A stretch of DNA of 63,999 nt, the filler included, from Circinaria calcarea (Eukaryota), in assembly GCA_051942165.1 (NCBI GenBank). It is 17 parts of 17 records of this genome, joined end to end, with 100 filler letters (N's around TTAATTAATTAA, not from the genome) between each part and the next. Parts side by side here need not be neighbours in the genome. Positions count along the whole stretch, not along the records: positions 11,399 to 15,095 come from JAVECS010002665.1; positions 15,196 to 18,886 come from JAVECS010002666.1; positions 18,987 to 22,675 come from JAVECS010002667.1; positions 22,776 to 26,461 come from JAVECS010002668.1; 13 more parts are not named here. One strand, written 5' to 3'. The notes beneath the pieces are model-generated. The model did no database searches. It was not told where the DNA came from and saw only the letters and a list, made by a program, of their open reading frames with translations. The stretch's first letter is position 1, and every line of letters begins with the position of its first letter. Positions 12,342 to 24,423 of the stretch are shown piece by piece. The position numbers and the translations under genes are program-made.

Positions 12342-12767
12342 TCAGTCGAATAGATCGCTCCCATTCCCGGCCACTAGCCCACTCAACCATTCACTCTTCC
12401 CTTTGACTCTCCACGTCACTGTCTCGTTCGCCCAGCTACTCATGGCCTCTAAAACCGCCCTCCTGTCCCCTCTTGGTACCCTGATCCACACATCCCGACC
12501 TTCAACCTTGAGGATGTCGATTGGGATCGCGATGCCCGTCATGCCCAGAAACTGCTGTAAGGCAGAAGTTAGGTGAGTCCGGGCAGTAAGGGTATCTATG
12601 GGTGAAGAGCCTTGGGCAGTGGTCATAAGTGAGAGATGGAGATATGTAAAGGGGAGGGTGCGAACTGTGATCGTGCGGGCTGGTTGCGCCGGGGTGAAAT
12701 CGTGAGGAAGCTGCTTTCTTTTCTGGGGGAGGGATTGGGGAATATTTGCAGAATCGGCTTCCGCCAT
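12342..12767 (-). CDS. POP8: RNase P/MRP subunit Pop8
   Basis: YLHLSL, LTSALQQFLGMTGIAIPIDILKVEGRDVWIRVP, WRVKGKSEWL match the fungal Pop8 pattern; start taken at MAEADS. Confidence 0.8.
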   Translation of the reverse strand: MAEADSANIPQSLPQKRKQLPHDFTPAQPARTITVRTLPFTYLHLSLMTTAQGSSPIDTLTARTHLTSALQQFLGMTGIAIPIDILKVEGRDVWIRVPRGDRRAVLEAMSSWANETVTWRVKGKSEWLSGLVAGNGSDLFD

Positions 12768-13387
12768 CAGCGGAAAGCTGTATGCAGTTGAATGTTGAAA
12801 TTGTCGCAATCTACAGCTTTGGCAGATATTCGAAGCGACGGCTCGCATCGTGGCTTGCACTACCAAATGGAGCTAGGAAGATTAAAGGCGCTAAGGTTTA
12901 AGGTTTAGCGTTGACCACTGCGCCGGAACTGGTGGCGCAAACCTTTTTGTGACTTCGCCATTGTCCGTATGACTACGATGCCAAGTCAGAAACCCTCCGA
13001 CCTTTTCGCATTCACACCTGGCCTCTCTATCAGAAATCGCCCTTTCTCCTTCTGACCTTCCATGCATGTCAGATCACTACATACTACCCTCAAAAACGTC
13101 AAGGGGAGCTGACTCTACTCGTCACTTATTGTTGCTGCTTGCCCAATCTGCTATCTAAATCACCTCTATGCACGCGCAAACAACGACGCCTGCTTTATAT
13201 AATCCTACTGTTTAGTAGAAATTGGATTCAGGGCATCGATCAAGGAAGCACTAGTTTCACCCTAACACTGACATCTATACCAGTGGGTGCAACACACCAC
13301 TGAAATTCTACTGTTTTCCGACCTTTCTATACAACGGCTTTTTTATCATCTTTGGAGCTTGAGGATTTTTGAGTCAGAATATTAACA

Positions 13388-14776
13388 ATGGCCACATCAC
13401 AGGCTTTAGCCAAGCGTTCCGCTGACACCGCTCTTATGCCCCCACCTCCCGTACCGAAGCGAATAAAGCGTCCAGCAAAGGTCCTTGACGAGGATACTTA
13501 TACGGATGCCCTATCGCACATCATCGCTCGAGACTTCTTCCCAGGCCTCGTAGAGACCGAATCACAGCGGGAGTATCTCAATGCTCTCGATTCACAAGAT
13601 TCAGAGTGGATCGCAGCAGCAGGTCGAAAGCTCACGGAGGTCATGACGCCAGGGCCAGACGGAAGGAGGTTACGGGGGCGAAGGGGTACGAGCATGACAC
13701 CCATGCGGAGTCTACATGGACTAGGTGGTGAAACGCCAAAGGGATGGGGTGGAGATACCCCAATGTCCGTTATCTCGTCGACGTCAACAGCCACAACTCA
13801 AACCGAGCGACCCAAAGTCGACACCAACATTAGCCTTAGCGCTTTTCAGACCAAATATACTAGTGAAGACAACGAGTCCTTTTATAAATTGCTAGACAAG
13901 CAAAATACCAAGAAAGCAGAAAAGTATGCCTGGATGTGGGCCGGGAACAAGATACCTGCGGCACGGCAGATTGCACATAGGCAACGAGAGCAGCGGTTTT
14001 TCGTTGCCCAAAGTGCCCAGGAGCTCGAGGATGGTGGTAAGCAGATTGCTACATTTGAATCATCCGACACACGCAAAGCTATGCCAGATTCTTGGCCGTC
14101 GCGGCCTAACAATAACTTCATGTTTGGCCCATCCTCTATAGAGGACTCTATGCAGACTGTCCAGCAAAGATCAGAAGAAACATCTCGTGCTGCACCTAAA
14201 GCCGTTGTCTACGACAACACACGCCTTCCGCCATCCACCATTTCCTCAGATACAGACCCTGCTGTCCCACCTTCTCCGTCAATTTCTACGGTGCAAGAAG
14301 CGCTTGCTGGTCGTTCTCGGCCGACTGTTTCAGAACCAGGCTACACAGGTAGCGAAACTCCTCGTGTGAATGGTTACGCTTTCGTGGATTCTGCGCCATC
14401 ACAATCACCGTCTGAAATGAGTAGCTCCTGGGATGACATGGGTGGATCGTTACTTCTCGGCTCCGGCGACGCTACGCCTAATCCCTTCAATATCAAAGAG
14501 CGCAGCAAGAGAGAGGCGTTGCATCACCGAATGGTTGACAAGGTTGCGAAAGGAAGGCGTTCTGCAAAAAGAGAGACGGAAGTCAAGACACCCATTCCCA
14601 GGTTTGCAAGTAGTCCAAGGATTGGGAAAGGTGGTTTGACACCAGCAGCGCAGCGACTGCTAGGGAAGGTTGGAGCAGAGAAGACACCGGGTAGTGGTGC
14701 CTTGTGGGAGAGAACGACCCCGAGGGTGGGATCTGGCTTGAGAGTTGGGTGGACTCCGAAGAGCAAGCGGGATTAA
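13388..14776 (+). CDS. ESS2: Splicing factor ESS2/DGCR14 (Es2) homolog
   Basis: VLDEDTYTDALSHIIARDFFPGL, SLSAFQTKYTSEDNESF, TPRVNGYAFV, LTPAAQRLL. Confidence 0.9.
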   Translation: MATSQALAKRSADTALMPPPPVPKRIKRPAKVLDEDTYTDALSHIIARDFFPGLVETESQREYLNALDSQDSEWIAAAGRKLTEVMTPGPDGRRLRGRRGTSMTPMRSLHGLGGETPKGWGGDTPMSVISSTSTATTQTERPKVDTNISLSAFQTKYTSEDNESFYKLLDKQNTKKAEKYAWMWAGNKIPAARQIAHRQREQRFFVAQSAQELEDGGKQIATFESSDTRKAMPDSWPSRPNNNFMFGPSSIEDSMQTVQQRSEETSRAAPKAVVYDNTRLPPSTISSDTDPAVPPSPSISTVQEALAGRSRPTVSEPGYTGSETPRVNGYAFVDSAPSQSPSEMSSSWDDMGGSLLLGSGDATPNPFNIKERSKREALHHRMVDKVAKGRRSAKRETEVKTPIPRFASSPRIGKGGLTPAAQRLLGKVGAEKTPGSGALWERTTPRVGSGLRVGWTPKSKRD

Positions 14777-14957
14777 GTCGAAAGTCCTTTGATGGAAAGA
14801 AGCCATAGGAAACTATAGACACTTATGACAACTGCTCTGTAGAAAGCAATGGAATCAGACACTCAAAGAAATCAGACTATACAAACCTCGACCAGGATTT
14901 CACAATGAAATCAGTTTGCGTAAGAGTGATTGACCAACGACGTTGGCGGCGTTCAAG

Positions 14958-15095
14958 TTAAAAGAAGCGTTCATGGTCAATCTCTTCATGCATCATAACA
15001 TGTTCCTGCTTCAACTTATTATGTTTATCTTTTCCCACCTCTTCCCCTGCCCCTTCCTCCCCCGTTCTCCTTCGGCCCTTCGATCTCCGCTACAT
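14958..15095 (-). CDS. Possible 3' end of an unidentified gene
   Basis: Open frame from the contig edge, VAEIEGPKENGGG...EEIDHERFF*; no motif recognised. Confidence 0.25.
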
Positions 15096-15195
15096 NNNNN
15101 NNNNNNNNNNNNNNNNNNNNNNNNNNNNNNNNNNNNNNNTTAATTAATTAANNNNNNNNNNNNNNNNNNNNNNNNNNNNNNNNNNNNNNNNNNNN

Positions 15196-16553
15196 AGGTT
15201 CTCGTATAGATTATCTTTGGGATTTCCAGAATAGGAAAATGTTACGTCGTCGAACGAAAGCACCGGAGGTGGCAATTTCTCGACGTCGGCAAAACGGAAA
15301 GTAAAGACTCGATCTTGGGCCACCGGCTGAATGAAACCGTCTGCCTCCATCTTGTCTAGAATCTTCTGTCGTGATTTGGCCTGTCGTACCAAGTTGGCGT
15401 ATGTACCAGCAGAGGCAATGAACTTCTTGATATGCTGGATTTCCTCCTGTTGTTTTGCGTATGCCTTCATTTGATTCGTCTCTTGCTCCGAACGAGTTTT
15501 GATATATGAGTCGTAGTTCCCACCATAGTAGATGAGTTGCTTCATTCGCATATCGATCATGTTAGTACATACTCCATTCAGGAAGTCCATGCTGTGAGAG
15601 ACGAGGATCAACGTTCGATCCCATTTCTTTAGGTATTCCTCCAACCACACGCAAGCTTCAAGGTCTAAATGAGCAGTAGGGTCGTCGAGTAGGAGTAGGG
15701 AGGGTTTGACAAAAAGTGCTTTGGCCAAAGCCACTCGCATACGCCATCCACCGGACATGTCCCTTGTGCGCTTGTGAATTGTGGTTTTGTTGAATCCGAG
15801 ACCAGTCAAAATAAGGGAAGCTCGTGTTTGAAATGTTGATGGATCCATGTTTTCCATACGCTGTACAGATCAGTATGAGCAAGATAAGAAGTGGAAACGC
15901 TTCCCTACCTCGTAGAGGTCCATCAGAAGTGGGCTTTCAGGGCCATCCCTCTCCAAGATGTCTTCTGCTAATTTGTCGAGCCTTGCCATTTCATTTTCCG
16001 CCTCTCTCACGACCCACTCCAAAGCACCAAGATCACTGGGTGGAGCGCCTTCGTTGAGCAGATAAATGTCCACCTGTTCGGGTATGGGATATTCGCGTTT
16101 ATCGATCGCCTTGAGTAGCGTAGATTTCCCACAACCATTCTCCCCTAACAAACCATATCTCCGGCCGTAGTTGAGTTCGAGCGTCGTATCTGTGATGAGG
16201 ACCTTTCCGTGGAAGACTAGCGAGGCAGAAGTGATTTTGACGTCGCGACTGGCTTCCAAGGATGCGAGGACGCCAGTCGTAACTCTGTCGGATAGGCCAT
16301 GTTTGTCCAGCTGATCCGCGAGTTTCTTCACCTCGGACATCTTCTCTTCTCTCGTCGCCGGCTGTTCGTCATCGGGTAGAGTATTGCCATCTCCATCCAG
16401 CAAGGGAGGCGTTTCATCCCCATTGACGGACGAAGCTGATGAGGCATTTTTCGAAGTGGCTTTCGAAGAGACTTTGGATGCGGCAGTCTTCTTCTTTTCG
16501 GTCCCAGCCTCAGCACGCTTGGCCTGGCGAGCTGCTTTTGACGACGACACCAT
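15196..16553 (-). CDS. ARB1: ABC-F family ATPase Arb1/ABCF2 (3' partial)
   Basis: Walker A GENGCGKST, signature MSGGWRMR, LLLLDDPTAHLD, KKFIASAGTYANLVRQAKS; intron 15908..15861. Confidence 0.93.
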
Positions 16554-17037
16554 TTTGCACAGAGGGAAAACCGAAGAGTCAAAAGTAATGGAGAATCACA
16601 AGAAGTAAGCCGGTGTGGGGCCGTAGGGCTTATCGATTGGCGTAGAAGGCCAAGCACCAATAATTTGGGGTAGATTCCGAGTAGAATCGGTCGTGTTCGC
16701 GCGCAGACTGACCCAGCGGCTTTTACTCCAAAGTTGGCACCGTGGATGAGCGCTGAGTTGGGAGAAGGTGAGGTCTTGAAGCTGTTATATATGTGGCGGA
16801 GTTCGGCAAAGCCCTTTGTGCCACGCCGACCGCTATTTCTTTTTTCTTTTCCTCACCTTTTCTACTCGCTTTGTTGGGCCCTAAAGGCTAAAATAGGTAT
16901 ACCGCTTGTATTATATAGCTTGGATATCTACGAACTCCCGACTGTCGACATAAAAACACGGAACGGAAGGTTGACTACGTCTACTCTACAGATCTCCAGC
17001 GCTCGTTGCGTCTCTTTTTCGATGCTCTACCGATGCA

Positions 17038-18351
17038 ATGTCACGCATAGACGGCCCCCCTCTTATACCACATGTGAATCCAATAAGCCTTTATATTCCC
17101 CCACTCAGCCCATCATCGTCCCCCAATCCTAGTCATGACTATCATGTTTTCTTTGTACCCGGCAATCCAGGCTGCATAGCCTACTACAATGATTTCCTCT
17201 CGTTCCTGGCCAAGAATCTGTCGTTGCAAAAAGAAAGGTGCGAAGTTCGAAGGGTGCATGTGTATGGACACTCGTTGGCCAACTTTACCAAAGAGCGAGT
17301 GAACCACAATCACGAGCTCAAGGCACCGAGGAAGCTTCTCAGTCTGCAAGAGCAGATCCAATATGTCGAGGCGATACTGGAGCAATATGTACATTCTTCA
17401 CAAGCTGAATACACAGATCAGGGGTTTACCAATGGAAAGTCCCCTCCGCCGCTCAAGATTATACTGGTAGGTCATTCGGTCGGGGCCTATGTATGCATGG
17501 AAGTCCTTCGACGGCGGAGAGCAAAGGAGAAGATGCAAACCGAGAGACCCGACGGTAGCAGCGGGCTGGGGAGGATGAAGCTAATAGGCTTTATCGGCCT
17601 TTGGCCAACGATCACATGGATTGGCCAAAGCCCCAGTGGAAGGAGAATCAGTGTAAGATAGGCACCCGCAGGCAATGGGTCTAGAACGATAACTGTATCA
17701 TTGACAGTATTACAGTGGATGTTGCGAATTCCTTACTACCATATGATAATTGGACTTTTTGTCGGCATTTTGGCGGTAATAGTCCGGATCTTGACCTTTG
17801 TAATTAGCTACAACCTCCTGGTAAGGGTGGTAAAAGCTTGTACCGGCTTTCCTGACGATGCCGCAAGGACGACTGCCGACTTCTTGAACAATTCAGTGAG
17901 TGTAAAGCAGTCTCTGTAGGTTTGAACAAGCTTCCTTGCCCTCCATATACATAGGTCTGATCTGATAAAGGCTTATGGGTCTGGATGAGATGAAGGAAAT
18001 CACAGCAGATCGATGGGACGAGGATATTTGGGGAGCTGTCGAACCAGCGCTTGGGAACCAGAAACTAAAACTCATTTTCTACTTCGGTCAAAATGACCAC
18101 TGGGTGGCAGATCATACACGAGACGATTTGATCGCCACTAGGACTTTTCAAGAAGGCAGGCCAGACACGTGGAAGCCGAAAATGCTGGTGGACAGTGAAG
18201 GTATTCCACATAGTTTCTGCATAAGTAAGTATGCCGACACAAAAGGGATATGGAACAGTACTGACATCACAAAGGACACAGCTCCACTACTGCGAATAAG
18301 ACCGCGGAGTTTGTGTATGAGATTATGCTTGCGGACCAAAAGCCGCGATGA
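17038..18351 (+). CDS. Lipid-droplet-associated alpha/beta hydrolase (LDAH/YPR147C-like)
   Basis: PGNPG oxyanion motif, GHSVG nucleophile, DHWV, PHSFCI; introns 17653-17715, 17916-17970, 18225-18274. Confidence 0.85.
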
Positions 18352-18642
18352 TAGACTTCCTGTACTGAGATCCAAAACGTACCACCTCAGTCTCAGCCTT
18401 GTCTTGGTCTGGAAGCTGGTCATACAGTACCAACGTCAACTTCTCCCAATGCACCTCAAGTTGGGTAGCTATGAGAGTCACGAATCACCCTTTTTACAAA
18501 TAATCCCCACCTCGATCCTCATAATTTGGATGGACATTGTGGTCCTGGCGCAGGTTCTAGTTGGCTTTGTGAACGCGATACGTCCATGGTTTGCATAATT
18601 TCGTGCTGCTTGTCTGTAGGTCCACTCTGGACACGCCAAACT

Positions 18643-18886
18643 TTATCCTACTCCGCTGTACTCCTCTCCAGCTTGGCGGAATAGACTAAGCAGATCATCC
18701 TGTTTTCGGCCGGTTGATCGAGCTGATATGGCTGGTGAATGAGGCTGGGCATGCCTTTGAGACGACCGAAAGAAGTCCGTGTCGGCGGATACGGTGAATT
18801 GCGATGGAGGCCTTTGCGGGCTATGACTTCGGACACTCCAAGCATCATCATTCTGTCGTTGTTGGCCGAATAACTCCTTCAAAGAT
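18643..18886 (-). CDS. Probable C-terminus of an unidentified gene (disordered, ending DDLLSLFRQ...)
   Basis: Frame open from the contig edge to TAA at 18643; no domain recognised. Confidence 0.35.
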
Positions 18887-18986
18887 NNNNNNNNNNNNNN
18901 NNNNNNNNNNNNNNNNNNNNNNNNNNNNNNTTAATTAATTAANNNNNNNNNNNNNNNNNNNNNNNNNNNNNNNNNNNNNNNNNNNN

Positions 18987-20034
18987 GGTGGAAGAGAGAG
19001 AATGGGAAGGGGGACCTTACTGAGAACGACGGCGTGGCAGTTTGTGGTGGGGAGGAGGGTGAGCGCTTGGAGGTAGAGGGGGGCAGCGAGGTAGTGTTGG
19101 TTCTTGGCTTCGTAGTGGTCTGCGAGGGCTTGCGTGCGGGTCGCGTTAGGAGATATGGGATTAATAACGGAGGTGATGTGGGGGAAACGTTTACATTCTA
19201 ACGCCCCGCCCATTTCTTCATTGTTCATCCAGGGGCCTTCTCCTTCTTTTACGCCCTCATCGTCTCTCCGCTTTTGCTCCTTTAACGCTGTTTCCACCGC
19301 CTCGATTAGATTTCTCTCCGCAGCTTCCGGGTCCGCTATATATTCGTTCGCATACAGCTCGCCGAGCTTGACACCGATTCCCACCGTCTTGCCTAATATC
19401 CGGTTTCTCTTCGCCTCGTTTCCCTCCAGCGCCCCTCTCGCTTCGATCCATTTCAGGCAGTCTGACCGGACAATCTCCAACACGTCAATCGCTTTTTGGT
19501 ACCTGTTGATCTTCTCCATGAATGCCGCCAGTTGGATTTTCGTTCCGAGTATCTCGTCACTGAACGGATCCATTCCTACCTCGTCCGCCACTGCTAGCGC
19601 CTGGCGATAGTATTCGACTGCTTTTTGAGGGTTAAGGTCGATGTTGGAATAGTAGAGGGCGCGGCGGAGCTTGTTGGCCACGGGTTCGGGAAAGGTATGG
19701 AAGTTACCGACGATGTAGTGGGTGTAGAAATAATTTGTGTATAGGAGGGAGCACACGCCGGTGAAGATGCTGGAGAGGGGTCAGTCAGAGTATTGAACAA
19801 AGGGGGAGAGGCGGAGAGTTCGATTCACAAGAAGCAGGCTAGGGGGAATGTAATGGGATTTTCTTTGAATAGCTTCTTTGCCGATGCCCGGGTGGAGATA
19901 TGGCGATCTCGAGGCCATGGCTGTATAAAGGCTGAGATCGGCGATGTGCGGTACAAAGGGTTTTGGCATTGGTTCAACGCCGAGGGCCGCCGTATCTGAG
20001 TTCGTAGAGCGCGAGGAATAGTCTTGGAGAACAT
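18987..20034 (-). CDS. Mitochondrial TPR protein, Mgr3-like (3' partial)
   Basis: Basic presequence MFSKTIPRALRTQIRR, one TM, FPEPVANKLRRALYY, GMDPFSDEILG, TPR-like helices; several introns. Confidence 0.7.
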
Positions 20035-20242
20035 GACTGATGGTCGGGTAATGATTGACTTGGATAGTGGCTCAAGCAGCTGGGATCATTGTTACAATCC
20101 CCGGTAGAGTTGATTCTCGCCTAACCACATCTTGCCCTAAAGGATGACGTAACTGTAGGTTTTCACGTCTCTTTCCGTCTCGTGTTTATATGATGCAGTC
20201 AAGGGAATCGTCTGGCTGACAATGCAACTCTGATCATTCAAC

Positions 20243-21710
20243 ATGTGTGGTCGCTATGCATTGGGCATTGTGAGTTGCGCTTCGAAGCTGGCCTACAATG
20301 CCCCGCTGATAACCAAGTGCAGCGAGCGACCTTCGTAAGGCGTCAACTTGAAGAGCATGGCATGCCGGTAGCTGAGGCGCCCGACGACGACGACGTCCGA
20401 CAAACCTACAACTTTGCGCCGGGGTATCATGGGCTAGTCTACAGAGCTGATGTACCTGATCACGGAGCGGGCCATAGAGATCATGAGCACGGGGAGACAT
20501 CAGAAGGCGCCACGGCTGGGACGGAGGAAGCTACCTCACTGGAAGATACTGGGGAAAAGAAGTACAAATTACAAGTCATGAAGTGGGGTATGTTGCCTTT
20601 CTAGAGATGTTCATCGTTTTACAAATTTCCTAAGCTGATTCTTATCATCAGGCCTTGTACCTTTCTGGACGAAACGAAATCCAGACTACGGTTCTGTTAT
20701 GAAGACTATCAACGCTCGCGACGATTCACTAATCGAAAATCGTGGTATGTGGAACACCATGAAGCAAAGGAAGCGGTGTATTGTGATTGCGCAAGGATTC
20801 TATGAATGGCTCAAGAAGAATGGTGGGAAGGAGAAAGTTCCGCACTACGTTAAGCGGAAGGACTCACAGCTGATGTGTCTCGCTGGCTTGTGGGATTGCG
20901 TACAGTACGAAGGTGGAAACATTGTAAGCTTCTAAGAGTTGAGGCCCTTCCACTAACTGAAAAGCAGGGTCAGAAGAGAAGCTGTACACCTATACCATTA
21001 TCACCACGGATTCAAATGCACAATTGAAATTCCTCCACGATCGAATGCCAGTCATTTTGGAGAACGGGAGCGATCAGATCCGTACTTGGCTCGATCCTAA
21101 GCGGTCCGAGTGGTCGAAGGAACTCCAATCATTGCTGAAGCCTTTCGATGGAGAGTTGGAATGTTACCCTGTGAGCAAAGATGTAGGCAAAGTTGGTAAT
21201 AACTCCCCTAGCTTTATCATTCCGATATCAAGCTCGGAAAATAAGAACAACATCGCCAATTTCTTCGGGACTTCGAAGCAAGCAGCCAAGGGAAAGGAGG
21301 AACAGAGGGAAATCAAAGAGGAAAAAATCAAAGTCAATAGGGCAGAGGGCCACAGAGAGGGCATCCCAGGAGAGGACCGTTGTACAGTCGATGAACCGAG
21401 GACAGAAGATAACGCACCAATGCCAGCCTCCAGGCCCGAAGTCTTAGCGCAGGGTGTAAAGCGAGAACGTGACGAGGAGGAGGACGAGACTGAAGGTAAG
21501 GGCAACAACGATCCCGCCGACGAGTCTGCGACGCACGTCTCCAAAAGGAAAACAGCCCATCCCACGCCTGACGCAAGTCCCTCCAAGCCTAAACAGAAAT
21601 CCGGCGGTCGGAAAGTAAAAAGCGCGACGAGCAATGGAACGGGCTTGAAAAGCAGTCCGGCTAAAGCCCGCAACGGGAGCCAGAGAATTACCAACTATTT
21701 CAACAAATGA
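20243..21710 (+). CDS. HMCES: SRAP-domain abasic-site processing protein (HMCES/DUF159)
   Basis: N-terminal MCGR (catalytic Cys2), YNFAPG, MKWGLVP, INAR, GFYEW, AGLWD, HDRMPVIL; introns near 20270-20322, 20588-20652 and 20913-20967. Confidence 0.92.
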
Positions 21711-22775
21711 GATGCGCTGCTATTGCTGTGCTAGATCCTGTGACCTTTTAACTATGCGGGACACGTTGGCCGGCGTCTGGGTGCGAGTTCGCAATGGCCA
21801 ACGCCTTCCTTAGCTACTTCCCCTCCAGGCGGCAAGAATGAATATCACGATGTGGTGTGGCACAAATTCGCTGGTTCAATTTACGTATTTGGTGTCAAGT
21901 CCGCTACCAAGGTCTTTTGCAAATTGCACACATGCATGGAGTTCATAGGCCGCGTCGAGAAAACAATGCCAAAGAATCGGGGCTTAACTGTTGATTGGAG
22001 ATATGTCCCGGCCGTTGACCGCAAGCACGTATACAAGAATGCATCCCCGGTGCATTGGAGGATTCCAACGGCATTTCAGCCATGGATTAGTAACCGTTGG
22101 ACCAAGGGTGTCAAGCACAAGAGGATCATGCGAGACGCTGGCATTTTCCGACATGTCGAATCATGATGTGCCGCCGAATCCTGGTGATGGCCCCAAGCCA
22201 TGCCAGCCTTTCCAGCCAGCCACCTACGAGAAAACCGTCCTGACGATGGCCGTTTCCACCATCTACGATGCGTGGGTTACAGGCAAGCCAATGTCATGCT
22301 GTGGCGTCGGTCGCTCCATAGGTTCGTTTGTGTATGGCTACGTGCAGTCCAACCTCGGTTGTGGCTTCGATGCACCGAGTGGGCGTAGGGCATCTCACCA
22401 GAAGTTGATCATAGCCCGTAGTGTAGATAGGATCGCAAATAGGATTGCTCTTCGTAGCCGCCGATGATGCAGTCTGCCCTGTGCCATGGGCGCAGACGGG
22501 GAGTCATGGATTGCTTGTCCGTAAATCATCCCTCCCCCTCCATCGGATTCCTTTCGACTCCCCGCATCTCAGGCTGCTTGCTGCAGCTCGACAGGAGGCC
22601 TTACCTCTTCATCGGAAGCTGCGAGGAGGGTTGACGGCTGAAAGGGATCTTCCGAACCTTGTCAGTCTTTATTCCNNNNNNNNNNNNNNNNNNNNNNNNN
22701 NNNNNNNNNNNNNNNNNNNTTAATTAATTAANNNNNNNNNNNNNNNNNNNNNNNNNNNNNNNNNNNNNNNNNNNN

Positions 22776-23471
22776 ACTAGCGAACTCAATGAATTGGTTC
22801 TCAAAGACTAGCTTAGTGCCTGCGGTAGAGAAGAGCACATCTCCAGTCGACACTCGGTATACGGAGAACGAGAAAGTAGGGTCGTTACTCCAGACAAAGC
22901 TCAAGTCACTCGTCAAGCTTGTGCTTTCCGCATCACTGTCCGCTGTGGGTTGATGAACGAGCTCATCGGGAAGTATAAATTGCGAGCTGTTGGACGCATC
23001 CACCACCGACGGCACAATCCTTACGGAGAGCCGATCTGCAGACTGGTACTCTACGGTGAGATTCAGATTGAAGATATCAGTCCCATAGACATTGCAAGCC
23101 TGACCGCCTCTCAAGCTCAGATCCGCTGTCAAGCCCAATGGCGTCCGGACTACATTGGACGCTGTATAGCCGGGACATACCATCTGCGCATCAGTGGCCT
23201 GGGGATCATAGATGTTGGGTAGCAAGACAGCGCCTTGATCAGCTGTAGCAGGGACGGTAAAGATGGGTCGGAAGGCAGTGGTCGTCCCACTAATCGCTCC
23301 CGTGAGCGAACCCTGCATGGCTATCGACGAGACCGTTACGGTCCCAATTGCTCCCCCCATGGAAGGAGAAGCCGTGTCCACATCTGGACTTTGCGCATAG
23401 GCGAGTTTACTCAGTAGGATGGTAAAGTAGAAGAAGGCATTGAAGATGGAAACAGGCGAGACGAAGACCAT
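22776..23471 (-). CDS. GH31 alpha-glucosidase, N-terminal part (3' partial)
   Basis: Signal-like MVFVSPVSIFNAFFYFTILLSKLAYA; CPGYTASNV, ACNVYGTDI, DRLSVRI, GDVLFST, LVFENQFIEF. An upstream in-frame ATG at 23636 is also possible. Confidence 0.88.
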
Positions 23472-24423
23472 TGCGCCTTGGAGAGGACGGAGCTTCAGCA
23501 AACCCGTGCAAGTCGAGAGAATGAAAGCGCAGTAGAGGCAGCCGAGGAGAGGAGCGAGGCGGAAGGCGGAGAGGGCAATGAAGGAGGTGGAGGACAAAAG
23601 GAAGGTGGCTTCACACGCCCAGATGGCGGTATCCATGCTTTTTGTGTATTATGACTTCACTCTAGTCACTAACAGCTCCCCCATGTACAGACAGCGAGCA
23701 AAGAAAAGATTGGTGGAGGAGAAGGTCCCGGACTGGTGGTCCCCAGTACCGCTACTGCGGGGCTCGACCAGTCATTATAATGGTAGGAATAAGAAAACGA
23801 GCGGTCAGACGCAAGGGGGAAAACCGAAATTAACCGTTTATGGTAGGTTAAAGACAAAACGCATCAATATCGACGCTACCATAGCATCCCTCGCCAAGAA
23901 AAGGTACAGCTAAAATGGGATCATGTCGCGAAAGCAACCGGGGAAGTAGTCGCGGTTGTTTGCAGAGTAGAATAGTCACTGATCAGGTACCCCCCCGCCA
24001 AGTCCGTTAATTTCATCCTACCGGCACCATTCTTCATCTCATCCACCCCCAAAGTGCTCCATGCAGGCAGCAACATTTCCCCCGCATTCGGAATTAGACG
24101 ACTGTACCTGCCTTAAGCCCCAAGCAAAAAAAGGGGATTACGGTAGAAACCTGCGGGATTTCCCTCAACCGCCTCGGCCAAACGCAGTTGGGACAAATTA
24201 TCTACCTCCGTACGGTACACGCTCTCTTCGCAACCAATACATATGCGAAGTCGGCCCGTCTTGTAGATACAATATCACCAACCAATAGCTCTGTTACAGG
24301 TATTATCTAAACTTTCCAAGTGTCTAGTCTTAAGAAATAAATCTTTGCAATAGAAGACCTCCCGCCCGTCTCATAACATACAACGGATTTGTAAACCACA
24401 CCTCCTAATAAGCCCATGCAAGA

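Noticed and set aside
12900..13380. Possible small gene or ncRNA between POP8 and ESS2
   Set aside because: Only short ORFs and an acceptor-like CTAAC..CAG; no recognisable RNA or protein motif.
21800..22675. Several overlapping 60-160 aa ORFs
   Set aside because: No motifs or consistent splice structure; treated as non-coding.
23820..24020. AmyR-like sites upstream of the GH31 gene (CCGAAATTAACCG, CCGTTAATTTC)
   Set aside because: Spacing is N7 rather than the CGG-N8-CGG consensus; too weak to call.
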